This document shows, one piece after another, positions 57,282 through 64,000 of a DNA stretch of 64,000 bases. Both the position numbers and the translations under genes were made by a program. Each line of letters starts with the position of its first letter. Position 1 is the first letter of the stretch. The stretch is from a virus, in the IMG/VR virus record IMGVR_UViG_3300008108_000057, positions 1-64,000 of that record. One strand, given 5' to 3'. Under the pieces are notes generated by a model, which was given only the letters and a program-made list of their open reading frames with translations, was not told the origin of the DNA and ran no database searches.

Positions 57282-60200
57282 ATGTCAAATACAACAATAC
57301 AGTTAAGAAAATCAGGACAAACAGGTAATACGCCAGCTAACCTAGCACATGGTGAGTTGGCGATTAACTATGCTGACGGTAAACTGTTCTATAAGAATGG
57401 TGTTGGTATTAAGTCAATTGAAAACCAAAAAACGTTTTCAACGATTAATGCTAACAACTCTCTTATCATTGCTACAACACCAACAGATATCTTAAATATT
57501 GTTCCAGGCAATAATGTTACGATATCAACAAATACAATTTCCAAGACAGTCACAATTAACTCTACTGCAACTGGTGGTGTAGAAGATACTGTTGCTAGAG
57601 AATTAGCACAAGGCGCATTTACTGCTGCAAATACCGCAGGGTCAAATACTGTATATCTACAAGCAGTTAACGATTCACAAAATACCAACATTACTGCGGT
57701 TAATACTTTTTCTAGCTCCGCATTTGATTCTGCAAATGCAGGAGTAAATCTAGCAACCGCTTCTTATGCTCAAGCCAATAATGCTTCAGGTAACACCGTA
57801 GCATTACAGGCACAGATGACAACAACTAACACTAACGTTACTAGTGTTAATACATTTGCACAGTCAGGATTTAACTCAGCAAATGCAGGAGTTACTCTAG
57901 CGGCAGCAGCATATAACCAAGCCAATACCGCATCAAGTAATACAGTATACTTACAATCAATCAATGATTTACAGAATACTAATATCACTTCTGTAAATAC
58001 TTTTACTGGTTCTGCATTTAACTCAGCAAACGCTGGAGTAGCATTAGCTACCTCCGCATATGGTAAAGCTAACGCTGAAGGTGAAATTAATAATACGCAG
58101 AATACTTGGATTGCAAATACTAATACTTTTGCACAAGCGGCATATAATTTTGCAAACACACGTTTCAGTTCATCTGGTGGTACAATTTCAGGCAACGTAA
58201 CAATTCAAAATGATTTGAGTGTTTTGGGTAATGTTAATTTTATCGGAAATGTTACTTCTGTAACTGTTACAGGTAACAGTGGTCAGTTTTTCGGTTATGC
58301 ATCAAATGGACTGCAAATCACGATGGTTATTCACAGATAAACATTCAAAATATTAATAGTGGACTTGATGCATCTAGTGATTTGGTTGCAACTGCTGATA
58401 ATGGTACTGAAGATGATACATATATTGCCGCAGGTATCGGTAGTAGTCAACATAGTGTTTCAGACTATACTTTGGTTGGACCAAACGATGGATACCTTTA
58501 TGTGTCAGGTAACACAACTACTGGTGGTGGTGATCTTGTAATAGGTACATTTTTACCCCAAAATGATGTAATAATTGCCGCAGGCGGCATGAATACAGAA
58601 AATGAACAGATGCGTATCATCGGTTCAAGCAACACAATTAGTATTCGTTCTAATGTAAATTCAAGTTTAGCTAAAAGTGTACTTCTAGGACCCATTGCAA
58701 ATCTTCATATCACTGGAGGAAGTACAGGTCAATTATTATCTACTGATGGTTCTGGAAATTTAAGTTTTATCAATTCTCCAGCAGACTTAGCTTCTGCTGC
58801 TTATGCTCAAGCTAATAATGCATCAAGTAATACTGTAGCTATACAGGCAGTTAATGATCTACAGAATACTAATATTACTTCAGTAAACACTTTTGCTGCA
58901 TCAGCATTTAATAGTGCTAATGCTGGAGTTACTCTAGCAACTGCTGCTTTTGAGGTAGCAAATACCGCAGCAGGTAATACTGTGGCTCTACAGTCACAGA
59001 TGACTACCACAAATACTAATATTACATCAGTAAACACATTTGCTGGTTCTGCTTTTAATTCTGCTAATGCAGGAGTAACTTTAGCAACGGCTGCCTTTGA
59101 AGCAGCAAACACCGCAGCAGGTAATACTGTTTACCTACAAACAGTTAATAACCTACAAAATACAAATATTACTGCTGTTAATACGTTTGCTCAAGCAGCT
59201 TATGATAAGGCGAATACTGGAGGTGGTGGAAGTGATACTGTAGCATTCGCTGCTTATGCTCAAGCTAATAATGCATCAAGTAATACTGTAGCCTTGCAAG
59301 CAGTTAATGATCTACAGAATACCAATATTACTTCAGTCAATACATTTACTCAGGCAGCATATAACTCAGCAAATGCAGGAGTAACTTTAGCAACGGCTGC
59401 CTTTGAAGCAGCAAACACCGCAGGATCAAATACTGTATACTTACAAGCAGTTAATGATCTACAGAATACCAATATTACTAGTGTTAATACCTTTGCTCAA
59501 GCAGGATTCAACAAAGCAAATGATGCAGTACAAACAGGGTTCACAACAATATCTGCAAATGCTGTTTCAATTACACCAGCAAATAATGCAGACACCTTAA
59601 CAATTAATCCTGGTACCAATATAACAATATCTGCATGTACCACTACAAAAACAATTACAATTAATTCGACAGCAAGTGGTGGTGGAGGTGGAAGTACAAC
59701 ATTAATATCTGACGTTAGGTCTTTTATTGCCAATAGTGGACAAACAGTATTTACTGTTCCTACATATGTTGTAGGAGAAAATAGAATTAGAGTATTTGTT
59801 AACGGTGTAAGACAAAATAATGTTGTCGATTATGCTGAAACTAATCCAACAACTATAACTTTAAATCCTGCGGCTGACGCAGGTGATAATGTTGTTTTTG
59901 AAGTTACTGCCTTTGATGGAGCATTAACTCCAAACCAAAACACTTGGATTAATAATACTGATACTTTTGCTAAAATGGCTGCCTTTACTGCCAATGCAGC
60001 ATATAATACAGCAAACACTCCACCAACTAGAGGAATAACAACAGACGCTAGTTATTATCCAGTTTTTGTTGACGCTAATAATTCTACCGCATTAGTTGAA
60101 TCACTTCATACCAACTTAAATTTAAATTATAATCCTTCCACTTCATTACTATTTGTATCTTCTGCTAACATATTATCTTTAGGTGTTGGAACAGCACCAT

Positions 60201-60595
60201 CTCCAACTGGTGGTGATATTCGTGCATCCAACAATATTACTGCATTCTTCTCTGATGAAAGATTGAAAATAAACATCAAACCTATTGATAATGCATTAGA
60301 AAAGATACAAGAAATTTCTGGTGTATACTATAATACAAATGAATTGGCTAGAACATACGGTTATACTGACACATCCGAACATGTCGGTGTTATAGCACAA
60401 CAAATTCAAAGTGTGTTACCACACGCTGTTAAGCCTGCTCCATTCGACACAGACTTTGATAAAAATGGAAATATATTTTCGAAATCTGGAGAAAATTATC
60501 TAACTGTACAGTATGAAAAATTAATTCCTCTCTTAATTCAAGCAATTAAAGAACAGCAAGAACAGATTGATGAGTTGAAACGAAATGCTAAATAA
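57282..60595 (+). pseudogene. Long fibre gene with peptidase S74 chaperone, interrupted by a frameshift near 58310
   Basis: Frame 1 (57282-58340) and frame 2 (open from 58277) share the same ~47-aa NTNITSVNTF repeats; frame 2 lacks SD/ATG; ends FSDERLK...LIQAIKEQ. Confidence 0.7.
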
Positions 60596-60641
60596 TTTTT
60601 CAAATTGTCGGAATTTTTTTATGGTAGGATAAGGAGTACAA

Positions 60642-61601
60642 ATGCCAATCCCTGGCCCAGGTCAATCGTTACCAATAACTACAATTGCTACTGAGTTTGG
60701 TGGCACGGTACCGCATGAAATTAGTGAATATTATCGTGGGGGTGCTTTAGTACCTAATTCTCCCGGTACTGCTACTATTCCTACGAGCGGAACAATAGCA
60801 TATTCAGATTTTTATAATACTTCAGCTACAACAAGAGTTGCAATACCTTTAGTGATTTCAGCGTCAACCGACAACTATAATGTATATACGAGTCGTGGAC
60901 CAACTTATAATCCTGGTAATTCTGATATTACAGTCACAATAAATCCAGGAGTAACTGTAGGAAGCTCAAGCACTCCTGCTTATGCATTTTCGGTGCCTTC
61001 AGAATTTTCTCCTGCTGACACTATAACTGTCATCAATAATGGTCTAATTCAAGGTAAAGGAGGAGCTGGTGGTCGTGGTACTGGCTCAAGCTCAACGTCC
61101 TGTGCCGGTGCTGTTGGTGGTAATGCAATATTTGTTAATAGACCAACAGTTATTACTAATAATGGTACTGTTGCAGCTGGAGGTGGCGGAGGTGGCGGAG
61201 GAGGAGCGAACTTCGTTCCTAGACCGGCCAAGTCAGGAGGACCAAGATATGCACTTGGTGGTGGCGGTGGCGGAGGAGCAAGTGCACCACCATCAGCAGG
61301 TGGTCCTCTAGGTCCTGGCCCATTTCCAGGAACGTCAGCAACGGTAGGTGGTCCAGGTACCAGTCCTGCTGGTGGTACTGGTGGTACTGGAGGAACAAGT
61401 CTTCCAGGGGTTGCAATTGGAGGTGCAGGTGGAGCTGGTGGTGGTAGAGGTGCTGCCGGTACTGCTGGCACAAACCGAACGTATGCACCAAACCCAGCCT
61501 TAGGCCTCGGCGGCGCAGGAGGAGCGGCTGGAAATTATATCGTAGGTAATCCATTCGTAACTTGGCCAGTAACAGGTACCCGACAAGGTGGCGTAGCCTA
61601 A
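60642..61601 (+). CDS. Glycine-rich fibre-tip/adhesin protein (gp38-like)
   Basis: I..EFGG..P..ISEYYRGG..VP..IP.SG.I..SDFY N-terminus; IN.G.I.G.GG; poly-Gly; follows an S74 fibre. Confidence 0.7.
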   Translation: MPIPGPGQSLPITTIATEFGGTVPHEISEYYRGGALVPNSPGTATIPTSGTIAYSDFYNTSATTRVAIPLVISASTDNYNVYTSRGPTYNPGNSDITVTINPGVTVGSSSTPAYAFSVPSEFSPADTITVINNGLIQGKGGAGGRGTGSSSTSCAGAVGGNAIFVNRPTVITNNGTVAAGGGGGGGGGANFVPRPAKSGGPRYALGGGGGGGASAPPSAGGPLGPGPFPGTSATVGGPGTSPAGGTGGTGGTSLPGVAIGGAGGAGGGRGAAGTAGTNRTYAPNPALGLGGAGGAAGNYIVGNPFVTWPVTGTRQGGVA

Positions 61602-61618
61602 TAAAAAAAAGGATTTAT

Positions 61619-61960
61619 ATGAACACACTTTATATGAAAATACATCAATTTGAAGAACAGAGTCATTCTTTGATAGTATCATTTGCCTCAGATACGACAG
61701 AACATCAAGATCCGGATAAATATCCAGCATATGCTTATCAGCCGCTACATATGTGGCCAGGCGTAAATGACCCAGAAGAAATAAAAAAACGAATTGCAAT
61801 TTCTGGAATGTATCACGCCGAGCAGCAAGAGCGTGAAGAAAAATTTGTTGCAGATTCAGCAAAAATACAACAGTATAAAGACATGATTGGACAGGTATCT
61901 TCATATTCTATAGAAGATTTGGCACCAACTACTCCTCCCGAATTTGTTATAGAGGTGTGA
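61619..61960 (+). CDS. Hypothetical protein
   Basis: AAGGA SD, ORF. Confidence 0.65.
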   Translation: MNTLYMKIHQFEEQSHSLIVSFASDTTEHQDPDKYPAYAYQPLHMWPGVNDPEEIKKRIAISGMYHAEQQEREEKFVADSAKIQQYKDMIGQVSSYSIEDLAPTTPPEFVIEV

Positions 61961-61961
61961 A

Positions 61962-62480
61962 ATGTTTAAATTCCCACCTAAGGTATTAAAGGCATTTGAT
62001 ATACTGGTAGTTAAAACTGAAGTTTTTTCTGGCGCCATATTAACTGTAGAGCCTATATTAGATGGTGTTTTCACAGTTGGATCCAGCTTTGATTATGTTT
62101 GGATGATAAGTAAAGGACGCCTGGTATGTACAGAGACAACTACGGGTGAAGTTGTTGAATTGAGAAAAGGTGAATCTACTCTAACAAAATCTTTTTCAAA
62201 AGGAGAGTGGAGAATGCAGGTTATGGAAGATACAGAAAGTCTATGTGTTAGTCCTTTTTTGAATGAATCAACGTCACAGATAACAGACAAAGTTGCTCCT
62301 TTTGCTATACTTTCTGGACAAAATAAAGCCATATCAAAAGATTCAAAGTTATTTTTAGGATCAGGTTCTTTGCAGATTGATGATCGTACTTTTAATTCTC
62401 CTGCACAAATTCGTTTTTCTAAAGGAAATAAGATAGTTCATGCAAATGAAGATTCTTTTGGGTTTTTTATTTTAACATAA
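61962..62480 (+). CDS. Hypothetical protein (cupin-like beta pattern)
   Basis: GAGGTG SD, 172-aa ORF. Confidence 0.6.
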   Translation: MFKFPPKVLKAFDILVVKTEVFSGAILTVEPILDGVFTVGSSFDYVWMISKGRLVCTETTTGEVVELRKGESTLTKSFSKGEWRMQVMEDTESLCVSPFLNESTSQITDKVAPFAILSGQNKAISKDSKLFLGSGSLQIDDRTFNSPAQIRFSKGNKIVHANEDSFGFFILT

Positions 62481-62517
62481 ATATAATAATCTAGAGAACT
62501 CCAACTATAATAAAAAA

Positions 62518-63297
62518 ATGGCCCAAATAACTAACAGACAAGAATTTAAAGACTATTGCCTTCGTCGTTTAGGGTTTCCTGTAATTGATATTAATATCGA
62601 TGACGAGCAGATAGAGGACAGAATTGACGATGCCATGCAATACTGGCAAGACTATCATTTCGACGGCCTACAAAAAGTCTACTATATCAAAGCAGTAACA
62701 CAACAAGATATCAATCAGCGTTATATTGATATGCGTCCATCTGTCACAAAAGATGCATCAAACAATTCTTTAAATATTGTTGGTGTAACTAGAATCTTTC
62801 CTATTCAAGACTCTCAGGCAACAATCAATATGTTTGACCTGCGTTATCAGTTACGTTTAAATGAATTGTATGACTTCACTTCAGCATCTTATATCAATTA
62901 CACATTGACAATGCAACATCTGCGTTCACTGGAAATATTATTTACTGGTGAAGTACCTATTCGTTTTCAGAGACATATGCATAAATTGTTTATTGATTGG
63001 GCATGGGGTGCTTCTGAGGCTCCTGTTGGTACTATAGTTGTTGCTGAGTGTTATGCATTAATTAATCCAGATGTTTATCATGCTGTCTGGGATGATCGTT
63101 GGCTCAAACGATATGCTACAGCACTCATCAAACGCAATTGGGGAGACAACCTCAAAAAGTTTCAAGGCGTTCAATTGTTAGGTGGTGTTACACTAAACGG
63201 TGACAAAATCTACGAAGATGCAGTTGACGAAATCAAACAACTGGAACAAGAAATGGAAAGCAATTACGGCGCACCGCTAGAGTGGTTCATGAACTAA
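62518..63297 (+). CDS. gp13: Neck protein gp13
   Basis: YCLRRLGFPVIDIN, YHFDG, WLKRYATALIK..WG.NL.KF.G.QL.GGVTLNG. Confidence 0.95.
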   Translation: MAQITNRQEFKDYCLRRLGFPVIDINIDDEQIEDRIDDAMQYWQDYHFDGLQKVYYIKAVTQQDINQRYIDMRPSVTKDASNNSLNIVGVTRIFPIQDSQATINMFDLRYQLRLNELYDFTSASYINYTLTMQHLRSLEILFTGEVPIRFQRHMHKLFIDWAWGASEAPVGTIVVAECYALINPDVYHAVWDDRWLKRYATALIKRNWGDNLKKFQGVQLLGGVTLNGDKIYEDAVDEIKQLEQEMESNYGAPLEWFMN

Positions 63298-63298
63298 G

Positions 63299-64000
63299 AT
63301 GCCAACTAACCATTATTTTAATAACTATAATGCCAAATACACTGAACAACGTTTAGTGGAAGATTTGATTGTTGAATCCATAAAAATAATGGGTGTGACT
63401 TGTTATTATATTCCGACCACTTACAATAATCCAACAGATTTTATATATGGTGAAGATCCTCTGAAAAAGTTTACAACAGCATATCCTATTGAGTTATATC
63501 CAAAAGATGTTATGGATTATAAAGGAGATAAAGATTTCTTTAGTAAGTTTGGTCTTGAGATTAGAAACCATATAACTGTAGTAATGTCAAAAAGAAGTTT
63601 CTCTCAAAGAGTTCCTGTAGATCCTGATTATGGTAGACCAAAAGACGGAGACTTAATTTATATTCCTCCTCTTAATGGTGTAGGTGAACTATATGAGATT
63701 AAGTTCGTTAATCAAGATATGGACATGGCTATGCTTGGTCGTAGAGTTCCATATTTTTATGAATTAGAATTGGAGAAATTCAAGTATTCACATGAAACAA
63801 TTGATACTGGTATACCTGATATTGATATCGTTCAACAAAAAGATGCTTACGCACAAAGATTTACGTTAACTGGAGTTTCAGGTGTTTTTGCTATAGGAGA
63901 AACTATTTTTATTAGTCCAGATATTACTTTAGCAAATGCAACTACAACAGGTATCATTGCAGCTTATGATTCTGCAACTGCAAACTTAGATATTAATACA
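63299..64000 (+). CDS. gp14: Neck protein gp14 (3'-partial)
   Basis: MPTNHYF, EQRLVEDLIVESIKIMG, SKFGLEIR, RPKDGDLIY, FKYSHE. Confidence 0.92.
   Translation, partial: MPTNHYFNNYNAKYTEQRLVEDLIVESIKIMGVTCYYIPTTYNNPTDFIYGEDPLKKFTTAYPIELYPKDVMDYKGDKDFFSKFGLEIRNHITVVMSKRSFSQRVPVDPDYGRPKDGDLIYIPPLNGVGELYEIKFVNQDMDMAMLGRRVPYFYELELEKFKYSHETIDTGIPDIDIVQQKDAYAQRFTLTGVSGVFAIGETIFISPDITLANATTTGIIAAYDSATANLDINT

Noticed and set aside
57600-59530. Tandem DNA repeats as a non-coding array
   Set aside because: Degenerate in-frame ~47-aa coiled-coil fibre repeats, ordinary for such proteins
10265-61554. Numerous antisense Pro/Val/Ala-rich ORFs in the track (e.g. 10265, 11680, 29721, 49449, 57770, 61049)
   Set aside because: Shadows of Gly/Thr/Asn-rich genes on the opposite strand, without SD or recognisable motifs
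1-64000. Alternative genetic code or stop-codon reassignment
   Set aside because: Conserved genes are full length under the standard code and end in TAA, TGA or TAG at expected positions

Overview
64 kb of an AT-rich T4-like myophage genome, probably infecting freshwater Betaproteobacteria (inferred from the tmRNA tag ANDERFALAA and the PqqA, PstS and rubrerythrin types). 1-19.9 kb (+): early and auxiliary genes. These include a Pho-box-preceded pstS / phosphate porin / PlcP-like phosphoesterase / GT2 cassette, phoH, three paralogous Gly/Pro-rich proteins among several 2OG-Fe(II) oxygenases, a tRNA-like RNA, a circularly permuted two-piece tmRNA, an unannotated 24-aa PqqA, rubrerythrin, SleB, gp33, gp59 and gp32. 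19.9-25.7 kb (-): tape-measure-like/GH19 genes, gp51/gp26 (apparently joined by a -1 frameshift), gp54, gp2, gp4. 25.7-64 kb (+): baseplate genes (gp48, 53, hub, split gp5, 25, 6, 7, 8), a 3019-aa VrlC/DUF4815-like virion protein, many fibre proteins (one broken by a frameshift), gp13 and partial gp14. The most striking feature is a head-to-tail array of four Hint (intein-like) domains inside the 3019-aa protein, each followed by a single Lys instead of the canonical Cys/Ser/Thr. All family assignments come from motif recognition and synteny, not database searches.
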